DNA of 64,000 nt from Eledone cirrhosa (GCA_964016885.1 OZ024761.1:7936001-8000000), one strand, 5' to 3'. Positions 30,001 to 44,160 are shown, counted from the stretch's first letter. The notes: generated by a model not told the origin, from the letters alone. Numbers and translations: made by a program.

Positions 30001-32975
30001 AGTTATCTCATCTGTGGCACTGGAATGCATATATATTAGGACGAGTTATCTCATTTGTGGCACTGGAATGCATACATATTAGGACGAGTTATCTCATCTG
30101 TGGCACTGGAATGCATACATATTAGGACGAGTTATCTCATCTGTGGCACTGGAATGCATACATATTAGGACGAGTTATCTCATCTGTGGCACTGGAATGC
30201 ATACGTATTAGGACGAGTTATCTCATCTGTGGCACTGGAATGCATACATATTAGGATGAGTTATCTCATCTGTGGCACTGGAATGCATACATATTAGGAT
30301 GAGTTATCTCATCTGTGGCACTGGAATGCATACATGTTAGGACGAGTTATCTCATCTGTGGCACTGGAATGCATACATATTAGGACGAGTTATCTCATCT
30401 GTGGCACTGGAATGCATACATGTTAGGACGAGTTATCTCATCTGTGGCACTGGAATGCATACATGTTAGGACGAGTTATCTCATCTGTGGCACTGGAATG
30501 CATACATGTTAGGACGAGTTATCTCATCTGTGGCACTGGAATGCATACATGTTAGGACGAGTTATCTCATCTGTGGCACTGGAATGCATACATGTTAGGA
30601 CGAGTTATCTCATCTGTGGCACTGGAATGCATACATGTTAGGACGAGTTATCTCATCTGTGGCACTGGAATGCATACATGTTAGGACGAGTTATCTCATC
30701 TGTGGCACTGGAATGCATACATGTTAGGACGAGTTATCTCATCTGTGGCACTGGAATGCATACATGTTAGGACGAGTTATCTCATCTGTGGCACTGGAAT
30801 GCATACATGTTAGGACGAGTTATCTCATCTGTGGCACTGGAATGCATACATATTAGGATGAGTTATCTCATCTGTGGCACTGGAATGCATACATATTAGG
30901 ATCAGTTATCTCATCTGTGGCACTGGAATGCATACATGTTAGGATGAGTTATCTCATCTGTGGCACTGGAATGCATACATATTAGGACGAGTTATCTCAT
31001 CTGTGGCACTGGAATGCATACATATTAGGACGAGTTATCTCATCTGTGGCACTGGAATGCATACATATTAGGACGAGTTATCTCATCTGTGGCACTGGAA
31101 TGCATACATATTAGGACAAGTTATCTCATCTGTGGCACTGGAATGCATACATATTAGGATGAGTTATATCATCTGTGGCACTGGAATGCATACATATTAG
31201 GACGAGTTATCTCATCTGTGGCACTGGAATGCATACATATTAGGATGAGTTATCTCATCTGTGGCACTGGAATGCATACATGTTAGAACAAGTTATCTCA
31301 TCTGTGGCACTGGAATGCATACATATTAGGATGAGTTATCTCATCTGTGGCACTGGAATGCATACATGTTAGGATGAGTTATCTCATCTGTGGCACTGGA
31401 ATGCATACATATTAGGACGAGTTATCTCATCTGTGGCACTGAAATGCATACATGTTAGGATGAGTTATCTCATCTGTGGCACTGGAATGCATATATATTA
31501 GGACGAGTTATCTCATTTGTGGCACTGGAATGCATACATATTAGGACGAGTTATCTCATCTGTGGCACTGGAATGCATACATATTAGGATGAGTTATCTC
31601 GTCTGTGACACTGGAATGCATACATATTAGGATGAGTTATCTCATCTGTGGCACTGGAATGCATACATGTTAGGACGAGTTATCTCATCTGTGGCACTGG
31701 AATGCATACATGTTACGCCGAGTTATTTCATCTGTGGCACTGGAATGCATACATATTAGGACGAGTTATCTCATCTGTGGCACTGGAATGCATACATATT
31801 AGGATGAGTTATCTCATCTGTGGCACTGGAATGCATACATATTAGGATGAGTTATCTCATCTGTGGCACTGGAATGCATACATATTAGGACGAGTTATCT
31901 CATCTGTGGCACTGGAATGCATACATGTTAGGATGAGTTATCTCATCTGTGGCACTGGAATGCATACATATTAGGACGAGTTATCTCATCTGTGGCACTG
32001 GAATGCATACATGTTAGGATGAGTTATCTCATCTGTGGCACTGGAATGCATACATATTAGGACGAGTTATCTCATCTGTGGCACTGGAATGCATACATAT
32101 TAGGACGAGCTATCTCATCTGTGGCACTGGAATGCATACATATTAGTATGAGTTATCTCATCTGTGGCACTGGAATGCATACATGTTAGGATGAGTTATC
32201 TCATCTGTGGCACTGGAATGCATACATGTTAGGACGAGTTATCTCATCTGTGGCACTGGAATGCATACATGTTAGGATGAGTCATCTCATCTGTGGCACT
32301 GGAATGCATACATGTTAGGACGAGTTATCTCATCTGTGGCACTGGAATGCATACATATTAGGACGAGTTATCTCATCTGTGGCACTGGAATGCATACATA
32401 TTAGGATGAGTTATCTCATCTGTGGCACTGGAATGCATACATATTAGGATGAGTTATCTCATCTGTGGCACTGGAATGCATACATATTAGGACGAGTTAT
32501 CTCATCTGTGGCACTGGAATGCATACATGTTAGGATGAGTTATCTCATCTGTGGCACTGGAATGCATACATATTAGGACGAGTTATCTCATCTGTGGCAC
32601 TGGAATGCATGCATGTTAGGACGAGTTATCTCATCTGTGGCACTGGAATGCATACATGTTAGAACGAGTTATCTCATCCGTGGCACTGGAATGCATACAT
32701 GTTAGGACGAGTTATCTCATCTGTGGCACTGGAATGCATACATGTTAGGATGAGTTATCTCATCTGTGGCACTGGAATGCATACATATTAGGACGAGTTA
32801 TCTCATCTGTGGCACTGGAATGCATGCATGTTAGGACGAGTTATCTCATCTGTGGCACTGGAATGCATACATGTTAGAACGAGTTATCTCATCCGTGGCA
32901 CTGGAATGCATACATGTTAGGACGAGTTATCTCATCTGTGGCACTGGAATGCATACATGTTAGGACGAGTTATCT
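1..32975. repeat. Satellite 1: tandem array of a 43-bp unit TCTGTGGCACTGGAATGCATACAT(G/A)TTAGGA(T/C)GAGTTATCTCA, about 767 copies, running off the left edge
   Basis: Unit restarts at 44, 87 etc.; copies are near-identical with few indels; array ends at ...GAGTTATCT|TGTTTACAG. Confidence 0.99.
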
Positions 32976-33068
32976 TGTTTACAGCACTGAGGGGGTTAAG
33001 ATATTAGCTAACAAGAAAAGACACAGCACAGACAATACACAAGGTGGGATTGCAAGATGTCTGACACA

Positions 33069-33279
33069 TTAACCCTTTAGCATTTAAACCAGCCATATCC
33101 AGCCAGACTTCTTCCTGTTCAAACCAGCTGTTACTGGGCCCTCATACTTATGTAAAGATATTGTTCTCAAAATGAGTAATTAGTATCAAAATCTCATAGA
33201 TTCAATATTATGTGAGATAAAGCCTTTACCACAAAAATACAATAGTATATATAGAGTAATGTAAATGGTAAAGGGTTAA
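33069..33279. mobile_element. Non-autonomous piggyBac-type MITE (about 200 bp)
   Basis: TTAA-CCCTTTAGCATTTA (33069-33086) and TAAATGGTAAAGGG-TTAA (33262-33279): 14-bp TIR with one mismatch, CCC/GGG ends, TTAA on both sides. Confidence 0.85.
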
Positions 33280-33324
33280 GAACTTAACTCTCAAGAAAGT
33301 TCATTGCACAGAATGGCCCCAGGC

Positions 33325-33460
33325 AATACAATCACAACAATTGCCTCTACTTATGTGCCACAGTCAAACTAAGTAAAACGAAAAAGAAAACAAAAGAACG
33401 ATTCTATGAGGAACTCAACAACAGATAACAGTCACTCCATCATTCTCACTGATAATTTCC
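33325..33460 (+). pseudogene. Degenerate LINE AP-endonuclease fragment (RTE-like)
   Basis: Frameshifted pieces TIASTYVPQS, KERFYEEL, IILTDNF parallel TIISAYTPQS..KDRFYESL..IIAGDFN in the RTE copies at 52 kb and 58 kb. Confidence 0.55.
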
Positions 33461-33481
33461 GTATATATATATATATGGAAA

Positions 33482-34748
33482 TTAATGAACCGTCTTTATG
33501 GAAGAGTGGCCCAATCTTGCAGTGTACCGAGGCAGTTTCTTTTGCAAATTTAAAGAAGGCGTTAGGGTTTGTTTTAATATTTTCTATGGCCCTGATTACT
33601 TTCTCTGCCCTCTCATTTTCACTGATAATTTCCATATATATATATATATGGAAATTATCAGAAACTGCCTCGGTACACTGCAAGATTGGGCCACTCTTCC
33701 ATAAAGACGGTTCATTAACCAAGAATCCCCAAGAGATAAGTGAAATACTGAACGAACAGTACAAAAGTGTGTTCACATGTCCACTGAGGCACATGCAAAT
33801 AACAAAGCCAGAGTTTTCTTTGATGCCACAACACTCCATGAAGAAATGGCGACCATCAACCACATAGACATAACGGAGGAGGATGTGGTATACGCCATAG
33901 ATGAAATTAGAACAGACTCAACTGCGGGACCTGATCTAAAAACATGTAAGCGGGCCTTAGCAACTCCACTGACGATGCTCTTCAGAAGCTCCTTGGCTAG
34001 CGCTAGACTACCCGGGGAGCTGAAAGAAAGCACAATATGCCCTATCCATAAAGGAGATAGCAGAGCGAAGGCTAAAGACTATAGGCCAGTCTCCCCGACG
34101 TCGCATATCAGTAAGGTCATGGAATGAGTTGTCAGAAAGAAACTGATGACTTTCCTCGAGGAAAATGACCGCCTGACTAGCATGCAGCATGGCTTTCATC
34201 CAGGAAGAAGCTGCCTTACACAGCTGCTACATCACTACAACTGGGTACTGAAACAACTGCTAGACAGCTCACATGTGGACGTGATATATCTTGACTTTGC
34301 CAAGGCCTTTGACAAGGTCGACCACGGAATGATGTCACAAACTACACAGACTCGGCATAACTAGAAAAGTAGGTGAGTGGCTGCATGACTTCTTAAAGGA
34401 CAGAAGCCAGGCAGTTGCAGCAAACGGGGCCCTCTGAAAGGAAACATCAATAACAAGTGGGGTGCCCCAAGGCACAGTCCTGGGACCACTACTGTTTTTG
34501 GTAGCTCTCTCAGACATGCCCTCTGTAGTACATACAACAACATCCCTCACTAGCTATGCTGATGACACTAAGGTAGCACAGGCAATCAAAAACCCGGCTG
34601 ATGCTGCCCTTTTACAACAAGATCTGGATGCCATATACAAATTGCCGGAAGACAACAACATGCAGTTTAATCCTGGAATATTTCAAGCTCTACAATACCA
34701 ACCTGCAAACTCAAACACAGTTACACTGGGCCAGGAGGGACTGAAATT
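33482..34748 (+). mobile_element. Disrupted CR1/L2-like LINE ORF2 (reverse transcriptase) with an inverted 5' segment; 3' end replaced by satellite 2
   Basis: Motifs IKTNPNAFFKFAK (minus strand, within 33482-33620), DYRPVS, QHGF..GRSCLTQL, YLDFAKAFDKVDH, GVPQGTVLGPLLF, YADDTK, LQQDLDAI; several stops and frameshifts. Confidence 0.92.
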
Positions 34749-37700
34749 CCTGTGGTCATGTCAGGGGTGTAGCTGTACTGACCACACTTGGCCTGTAGTC
34801 ATGTCAGGGGTGTAGCTGTACTGACCACACTTGGCCTGTAGTCATGTCAGGGGTGTAGCTGTACTGACTATACTTGGTCTGTGGTCATGTCAGGGGTGTA
34901 GCTGTACTGACCACACTTGACCTGTGGTCATGTCAGGTGTGTAGCTGTACTGACCACACTTGGTCAACTGTGGTCATGTCAGGGGTGTAGCTGTACTGAC
35001 CACACTTGGCCTGTGGTCATGTCAGGGGTGTAGCTGTACTGACCACACCTGGCCTGTGGTCATGTCAGGGGTGTAGCTGTACTGACCACACTTGGCCTGT
35101 GGTCATGTCAGGGGTGTAGCTGTACTGACCACACCTGGCCTGTGGTCATGTCAGGGGTGTAGCTGTACTGACCACACTTGGCCTGTGGTCATGTCAGAGG
35201 TGTAGCTGTACTGACCACACTTGACCTGTGGTCATGTCAGGGGTGTAGCTGTACTGACCACACTTGACCTGTGGTCATGTCAGGTGTGTAGCTGTACTGA
35301 CCACACTTGGCCTGTGGTCATGTCAGGGGTGTAGCTGTACTGACCCCACTTGGTCAACTGTAGTCATGTCAGGGGTGTAGCAGTACTGACCACACTTGGC
35401 CTGTGGTCATGTCAGGGGTGTAGCTGTACTGACCCCACTTGGTCAACTGTAGTCATGTCAGGGGTGTAGCTGTACTGACCACACCTGGCCTGTGGTCATG
35501 TCAGAGGTGTAGCTGTACTGACCACACTTGGTCAACTGTAGTCATGTCAGGGGTGTAGCTGTACTGACCACACCTGGCCTGTGGTCATGTCAGGGGTGTA
35601 GCTGTACTGACTATACTTGGCCTGTGGTCATGTCAGAGGTGTAGCTGTATTGACCACACTTGGCCTGTGGTCATGTCAGGGGTGTAGCTGTACTGACCAC
35701 ACTTGGTCAACTGTGGTCATGTCAGAGGTGTAGCTGTACTGACCACACTTGGCCTGTGGTCATGTCAGAGGTGTAGCTGTACTGACCACACTTGGTCAAC
35801 TGTGGTCATGTCAGAGGTGTAGCTGTACTGACCACACTTGGCCTGTGGTCATGTCAGAGGTGTAGCTGTACTGACCACACTTGGCCTGTGGTCATGTCAG
35901 GGGTGTAGCTGTACTGACCACACTTGGTCAATTGTGGTCATGTCAGAGGTGTAGCTGTACTGACCACACTTGGCCTGTGGTCATGTCAGGGGTGTAGCTG
36001 TACTGACCACACTTGGCCTGTGGTCATGTCAGGGGTGTAGCTGTACTGACCACACTTGACCTGTGGTCATGTCAGGTGTGTAGCTGTACTGACCACACTT
36101 GGCCTGTGGTCATGTCAGGGGTGTAGCTGTACTGACCCCACTTGGTCAACTGTAGTCATGTCAGGGGTGTAGCAGTACTGACCACACTTGGCCTGTGGTC
36201 ATGTCAGGGGTGTAGCTGTACTGACCCCACTTGGTCAACTGTAGTCATGTCAGGGGTGTAGCTGTACTGACCACACCTGGCCTGTGGTCATGTCAGAGGT
36301 GTAGCTGTACTGACCACACTTGGTCAACTGTAGTCATGTCAGGGGTGTAGCTGTACTGACCACACCTGGCCTGTGGTCATGTCAGGGGTGTAGCTGTACT
36401 GACTATACTTGGCCTGTGGTCATGTCAGAGGTGTAGCTGTATTGACCACACTTGGCCTGTGGTCATGTCAGGGGTGTAGCTGTACTGACCACACTTGGTC
36501 AACTGTGGTCATGTCAGAGGTGTAGCTGTACTGACCACACTTGGCCTGTGGTCATGTCAGAGGTGTAGCTGTACTGACCACACTTGGTCAACTGTGGTCA
36601 TGTCAGAGGTGTAGCTGTACTGACCACACTTGGCCTGTGGTCATGTCAGAGGTGTAGCTGTACTGACCACACTTGGTCAACTGTGGTCATGTCAGAGGTG
36701 TAGCTGTACTGACCACACTTGGCCTGTGGTCATGTCAGAGGTGTAGCTGTACTGACCACACTTGGCCTGTGGTCATGTCAGGGGTGTAGCTGTACTGACC
36801 ACACTTGGTCAATTGTGGTCATGTCAGAGGTGTAGCTGTACTGACCACACTTGGCCTGTGGTCATGTCAGGGGTGTAGCTGTACTGACCACACTTGGCCT
36901 GTGGTCATGTCAGGAGTATAGCTGTCCTGACCACACTTGGTCAATTGTGGTCATGTCAGGGGTGTAGCTGTACTGACCACACTTGGTCAACTGTGGTCAT
37001 GTCAGAGGTGTAGCTGTACTGACCACACTTGGCCTGTGGTCATGTCAGGGGTGTAGCTGTACTGACCACACTTGGCCTGTGGTCATGTCAGGAGTATAGC
37101 TGTCCTGACCACACTTGGTCAATTGTGGTCATGTCAGGAGTGTAGCTGTACTGACCACACTTGGTCAACTGTGGTCATGTCAGAGGTGTAGCTGTACTGA
37201 CCACACTTGGCCTGTGGTCATGTCAGGGGTGTAGCTGTACTGACCACACTTGGTCAACTGTGGTCATGTCAGAGGTGTAGCTGTACTGACCACACTTGGC
37301 CTGTGGTCATGTCAGGGGTGTAGCTGTACTGACCACACTTGGTCAACTGTGGTCATGTCAGAGGTGTAGCTGTACTGACCACACTTGGCCTGTGGTCATG
37401 TCAGGGGTGTAGCTGTACTGACCACACTTGGTCAACTGTGGTCATGTCAGGGGTGTAGCTGTACTGACCACACTTGGCCTGTGGTCATGTCAGGGGTGTA
37501 GCTGTACTGACCACACTTGGCCTATGGTCATGTCAGGGGTGTAGCTGAACTGACCACACTTGGCCTGTGGTCATGTCAGGGGTGTAGCTGTACTGACCAC
37601 ACTTGGCCTATGGTCATGTCAGGGGTGTAGCTGTACTGACCACACTTGGCCTATGGTCATGTCAGGGGTGTAGCTGTACTGACCACACTTGGCCTGTGGT

Positions 37701-40700
37701 CATGTCAGGGGTGTAGCTGTACTGACCACACTTGGCCTATGGTCATGTCAGGGGTGTAGCTGTACTGACTATACTTGGCCTGTGGTCATGTCAGGGGTGT
37801 AGCTGTACTGACCACACTTGGCCTGTGGTCATGTCGGGGGTGTAGCTGTACTGACCACACTTGGCCTGTGGTCATGTCAGGGGTGTAGCTGTACTGACCA
37901 CACTTGGCCTATGGTCATGTCAGGGGTGTAGCTGTACTGACCACACTTGGCCTGTGGTCATGTCGGGGGTGTAGCTGTACTGACCACACTTGGTCTGTGG
38001 TCATGTCGGGGGTGTAGCTGTACTGACCACACTTGGCCTGTGGTCATGTCAGGGATGTAGCTGTACTGACCACACTTGGCCTGTGGTCATGTCGGGGGTG
38101 TAGCTGTACTGACCACACTTGGCCTGTGGTCATGTCAGGGGTGTAGCTGTACTGACCACACTTGGCCTGTGGTCATGTCAGGGGTGTAGCTGTACTGACT
38201 ATACTTGGCCTGTGGTCATGTCAGGGGTGTAGCTGTACTGACCACACTTGGCCTGTGGTCATGTCGGGGGTGTAGCTGTACTGACCACACTTGGCCTGTG
38301 GTCATGTCAGGGGTGTAGCTGTACTGACCACACTTGGCCTGTGGTCATGTCAGGGGTGTAGCTGTACTGACTATACTTGGCCTGTGGTCATGTCAGGGGT
38401 GTAGCTGTACTGACCACACTTGGCCTGTGGTCATGTCGGGGGTGTAGCTGTACTGACCACACTTGGCCTGTGGTCATGTCAGGGGTGTAGCTGTACTGAC
38501 CACACTTGGCCTGTGGTCATGTCAGGGGTGTAGCTGTACTGACCACACTTGGCCTGTGGTCATGTCAGGGGTGTAGCTGTACTGACCACACTTGGCCTGT
38601 GGTCATGTCGGGGGTGTAGCTGTACTGACCACACTTGGCCTGTGGTCATGTCAGGGGTGTAGCTGTACTGACCACACTTGGCCTGTGGTCATGTCAGGGG
38701 TGTAGCTGTACTGACCACACTTGGCCTGTGGTCATGTCAGTCGTGTAGCTGTACTGACCACACTTGGTCAACTGTGGTCATGTCAGGGGTGTAGCTGTAC
38801 TGACCACACTTGGTCAACTGTGGTCATGTCAGGGGTGTAGCTGTACTGACCACACTTGGCCTGTGGTCATGTCGGGGGTGTAGCTGTACTGACCACACTT
38901 GGCCTGTGGTCATGTCAGGGGTGTAGCTGTACTGACCACACATGGTCAACTGTGGTCATGTCAGGGGTGTAGCTGTACTGACCACACTTGGCCTGTGGTC
39001 ATGTCAGGGGTGTAGCTGTACTGACCACACTTGGCCTGTGGTCATGTCGGGGGTGTAGCTGTACTGACCACACTTGGCCTGTGGTCATGTCAGGGGTGTA
39101 GCTGTACTGACCACACTTGGCCTGTGGTCATGTCAGGGGTGTAGCTGTACTGACCACACTTGGTCAACTGTGGTCATGTCAGGGGTGTAGCTGTACTGAC
39201 CACACTTGGCCTGTGGTCATGTCAGGGGTGTAGCTGTACTGACCACACTTGGCCTGTGGTCATGTCGGGGGTGTAGCTGTACTGACCACACTTGGCCTGT
39301 GGTCATGTCAGGGGTGTAGCTGTACTGACCACACTTGGCCTGTGGTCATGTCAGGGGTGTAGCTGTACTGACCACACTTGGTCAACTGTGGTCATGTCAG
39401 GGGTGTAGCTGTACTGACCACACTTGGCCTGTGGTCATGTCAGGGGTGTAGCTGTACTGACCACACTTGGTCAACTGTGGTCATGTCAGGGGTGTAGCTG
39501 TACTGACCACACTTGGTCAACTGTGGTCATGTCAGGGGTGTAGCTGTACTGACCACACTTGGTCAACTGTGGTCATGTCAGGGGTGTAGCTGTACTGACC
39601 ACACTTGGCCTGTGGTCATGTCAGGGGTGTAGCTGTACTGACCACACTTGGCCTGTGGTCATGTCAGGGGTGTAGCTGTACTGACCAGACTTGGTCAACT
39701 GTGGTCATGTCAGGGGTGTAGCTGTACTGACCACACTTGGCCTGTGGTCATGTCAGTCGTGTAGCTGTACTGACCACACTTGGTCAACTGTGGTCATGTC
39801 AGGGGTGTAGCTGTACTGACCACACTTGGTCAACTGTGGTCATGTCAGGGGTGTAGCTGTACTGACCACACTTGGTCAACTGTGGTCATGTCAGGGGTGT
39901 AGCTGTACTGACCACACTTGGTCAACTGTGGTCATGTCAGGGGTGTAGCTGTACTGACCACACTTGGTCAACTGTGGTCATGTCAGGGGTGTAGCTGTAC
40001 TGACCACACTTGGTCAACTGTGGTCATGTCAGGGGTGTAGCTGTACTGACCACACTTGGTCAACTGTGGTCATGTCAGGGGTGTAGCTGTACTGACCACA
40101 CTTGGTCAACTGTGGTCATGTCAGGGGTGTAGCTGTACTGACCACACTTGGTCAACTGTGGTCATGTCAGGGGTGTAGCTGTACTGACCACACTTGGTCA
40201 ACTGTGGTCATGTCAGGGGTGTAGCTGTACTGACCACACTTGGCCTGTGGTCATGTCAGGGGTGTAGCTGTACTGACCACACTTGGCCTGTGGTCATGTC
40301 AGGGGTGTAGCTGTACTGACCACACTTGGTCAACTGTGGTCATGTCAGGGGTGTAGCTGTACTGACCACACTTGGTCAACTGTGGTCATGTCAGGGGTGT
40401 AGCTGTACTGACCACACTTGGCCTGTGGTCATGTCAGGGGTGTAGCTGTACTGACCACACTTGGCCTGTGGTCATGTCAGGGGTGTAGCTGTACTGACCA
40501 CACTTGGTCAACTGTGGTCATGTCAGGGGTGTTGCTCTACTGACCACACTTGGTCAACTGTGGTCATGTCAGGGGTGTAGCTGTACTGACCACACTTGGC
40601 CTGTGGTCATGTCAGGGGTGTAGCTGTACTGACCACGCTTGGCCTGTGGTCATGTCAGAGGTGTAGCTGTACTGACCACACTTGGTCAACTGTGGTCATG

Positions 40701-43700
40701 TCAGGGGTGTAGCTGTACTGACCACACTTGGTCAACTGTGGTCATGTCAGGGGTGAAGCAGTACTGACCACACTTGGTCAACTGTGGTCATGTCAGGGGT
40801 GTAGCTGTACTGACCACACTTGGCCTGTGGTCATGTCAGGGGTGTAGCTGTACTGACCACACTTGGCCTGTGGTCATGTCAGGGGTGTAGCTGTACTGAC
40901 CACACTTGGTCAACTGTGGTCATGTCAGGGGTGTAGCTGTACTGACCACACTTGGTCAACTGTGGTCATGTCAGGGGTGTAGCTGTACTGACCACACTTG
41001 GCCTGTGGTCATGTCAGGGGTGTAGCTGTACTGACCACACCTGGCCTGTGGTCATGTCAGGGGTGTAGCTGTACTGACCACACTTGGTCAACTGTGGTCA
41101 TGTCAGGGGTGCAGCTGTACTGACCACACTTGGTCAACTGTGGTCATGTCAGGGGTGTAGCTGTACTGACCACACTTGGTCAACTGTGGTCATGTCAGGG
41201 GTGTAGCTGTACTGACCACACTTGGCCTGTGGTCATGTCAGGGGTGTAGCTGTACTGACCACACTTGGCCTGTGGTCATGTCAGGGGTGTAGCTGTACTG
41301 ACCACACTTGGTCAACTGTGGTCATGTCAGGGGTGTAGCTGTACTGACCACACTTGGCCTGTGGTCATGTCAGGGGTGTAGCTGTACTGACCACACTTGG
41401 CCTGTGGTCATGTCAGGGGTGTAGCTGTACTGACCACACTTGGTCAACTGTGGTCATGTCAGGGGTGTAGCTGTACTGACCACACTTGGTCAACTGTGGT
41501 CATGTCAGGGGTGTAGCTGTACTGACCACACTTGGCCTGTGGTCATGTCAGGGGTGTAGCTGTACTGACCACACTTGGCCTGTGGTCATGTCAGAGGTGT
41601 AGCTGTACTGACCACACTTGGTCAACTGTGGTCATGTCAGGGGTGTAGCTGTACTGACCACACTTGGTCAACTGTGGTCATGTCAGGGGTGTAGCTGTAC
41701 TGACCACACTTGGTCAACTGTGGTCATGTCAGGGGTGTAGCTGTACTGACCACACTTGGCCTGTGGTCATGTCAGGGGTGTAGCTGTACTGACCACACTT
41801 GGCCTGTGGTCATGTCAGGGATGTAGCTGTACTGACCACACTTGGTCAACTGTGGTCATGTCAGGGGTGTAGCTGTACTGACCACACTTGGTCAACTGTG
41901 GTCATGTCAGGGGTGTAGCTGTACTGACCACACTTGGTCAATTTTGGTCATGTCAGGGGTGTAGCTGTACTGACCACACTTGGCCTGTGGTCATGTCAGG
42001 GGTGTAGCTGTACTGACCACACTTGGCCTGTGGTCATGTCAGGGGTGTAGCTGTACTGACCACACCTGGCCTGTGGTCATGTCAGGGGTGTAGCTGTACT
42101 GACCACACTTGGTCAATTTTGGTCATGTCAGGGGTGTAGCTGTACTGACCACACTTGGCCTGTGGTCATGTCAGGGGTGTAGCTGTACTGACCACACTTG
42201 GCCTGTGGTCATGTCAGGGGTGTAGCTGTACTGACCACACCTGGCCTGTGGTCATGTCAGGGGTGTAGCTGTACTGACCACACTTGGTCTGTGGTCATGT
42301 CAGGGGTGTAGCTGTACTGACCACACTTGGCCTGTGGTCATGTCAGGGGTGTAGCTGTACTGACCACACTTGGCCTGTGGTCATGTCAGGGGTGTAGCTG
42401 TACTGACCACACTTGGCCTGTGGTCATGTCAGGGGTGTAGCTGTACTGACCACACTTGGCCTGTGGTCATGTCAGGGGTGTAGCTGTACTGACCACACTT
42501 GGCCTGTGGTCATGTCAGGGGTGTAGCTGTACTGACCACACTTGGCCTGTGGTCATGTCAGGGGTGTAGCTGTACTGACCACACTTGGCCTGTGGTCATG
42601 TCAGGGGTGTAGCTGTACTGACCACACTTGGCCTGTGGTCATGTCAGGGGTGTAGCTGTTCTGACCACACTTGGCCTGTGGTCATGTCAGGGGTGTAGCT
42701 GTACTGACCACACTTGGCCTGTGGTCATATCAGTGGTGTAGCTGTACTGACCACACTTGGTCAACTGTAGTCATGTCAGGGGTGTAGCTGTACTGACCAC
42801 ACTTGGTCAACTGTAGTCATGTCAGGGGTGTAGCTGTTCTGACCACACTTGGCCTGTGGTCATGTCAGGGGTGTAGCTGTACTGACCACACCTGGCCTGT
42901 GGTCATGTCAGGGGTGTAGCTGTACTGACCACACTTGGTCTGTGGTCATGTCAGGGGTGTAGCTGTACTGACCACACTTGGCCTGTGGTCATGTCAGGGG
43001 TGTAGCTGTACTGACCACACTTGGCCTGTGGTCATGTCAGGGGTGTAGCTGTACTGACCACACTTGGCCTGTGGTCATGTCAGGGGTGTAGCTGTACTGA
43101 CCACACTTGGCCTGTGGTCATGTCAGGGGTGTAGCTGTACTGACCACACTTGGCCTGTGGTCATGTCAGGGGTGTAGCTGTACTGACCACACTTGGCCTG
43201 TGGTCATGTCAGGGGTGTAGCTGTACTGACCACACTTGGCCTGTGGTCATGTCAGGGGTGTAGCTGTACTGACCACACTTGGCCTGTGGTCATGTCAGGG
43301 GTGTAGCTGTACTGACCACACTTGGCCTGTGGTCATGTCAGGGGTGTAGCTGTTCTGACCACACTTGGCCTGTGGTCATGTCAGGGGTGTAGCTGTACTG
43401 ACCACACCTGGCCTGTGGTCATGTCAGGGATGTAGCTGTACTGACCACACTTGGCCTGTGGTCATGTCAGGGGTGTAGCTGTACTGACCACACTTGACCT
43501 GTGGTCATGTCAGGGGTGTAGCTGTACTGACCACACCTGGCCTGTGGTCATGTCAGGGATGTAGCTGTACTGACCACACCTGGCCTGTGGTCATGTCAGG
43601 GGTGTAGCTGTACTGACCACACTTGGTCAACTGTGGTCATGTCAGAGGTGTAGCTGTACTGACCACACTTGGTCAACTGTGGTCATGTCAGGGGTGTAGC

Positions 43701-44160
43701 TGTACTGACCACACTTGGCCTGTGGTCATGTCAGGGGTGTAGCTGTACTGACCACACCTGGCCTGTGGTCATGTCAGGGATGTAGCTGTACTGACCACAC
43801 TTGGCCTGTGGTCATGTCAGGGGTGTAGCTGTACTGACCACACTTGGTCAACTGTGGTCATGTCAGAGGTGTAGCTGTACTGACCACACTTGGCCTGTGG
43901 TCATGTCAGGGGTGTAGCTGTACTGACCACACCTGGCCTGTGGTCATGTCAGGGATGTAGCTGTACTGACCACACCTGGCCTGTGGTCATGTCAGGGGTG
44001 TAGCTGTACTGACCACTCTTGGTCAACTGTGGTCATGTCAGAGGTGTAGCTGTACTGACCACACTTGGTCAACTGTGGTCATGTCAGGGGTGTAGCTGTA
44101 CTGACCACACTTGGCCTGTGGTCATGTCAGGGGTGTAGCTGTACTGACCACACTTGACCA
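34749..44160. repeat. Satellite 2: 43-bp unit CCTGTGGTCATGTCAGGGGTGTAGCTGTACTGACCACACTTGG interspersed with a 46-bp variant (TTGGTCAACTGTGG), about 214 copies
   Basis: Direct reading of tandem units; each unit holds the inverted repeat TGTGGTCA...TGACCACA. Confidence 0.99.

Noticed and set aside
31648-31845. 65-aa ORF in satellite 1
   Set aside because: Chance loss of stop codons in variant monomers.
1-32975. Satellite 1 as a hammerhead-encoding satellite (minus strand CAGATGA followed by a small hairpin)
   Set aside because: No GAAA element or stem III/I geometry in the 43-bp unit.
33406-33867. Overlapping ORFs on both strands with similar peptides
   Set aside because: By-product of the inversion-duplication of LINE sequence.
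1-44160. CRISPR-like arrays
   Set aside because: Head-to-tail units with no unique spacers, no cas genes, eukaryotic context.
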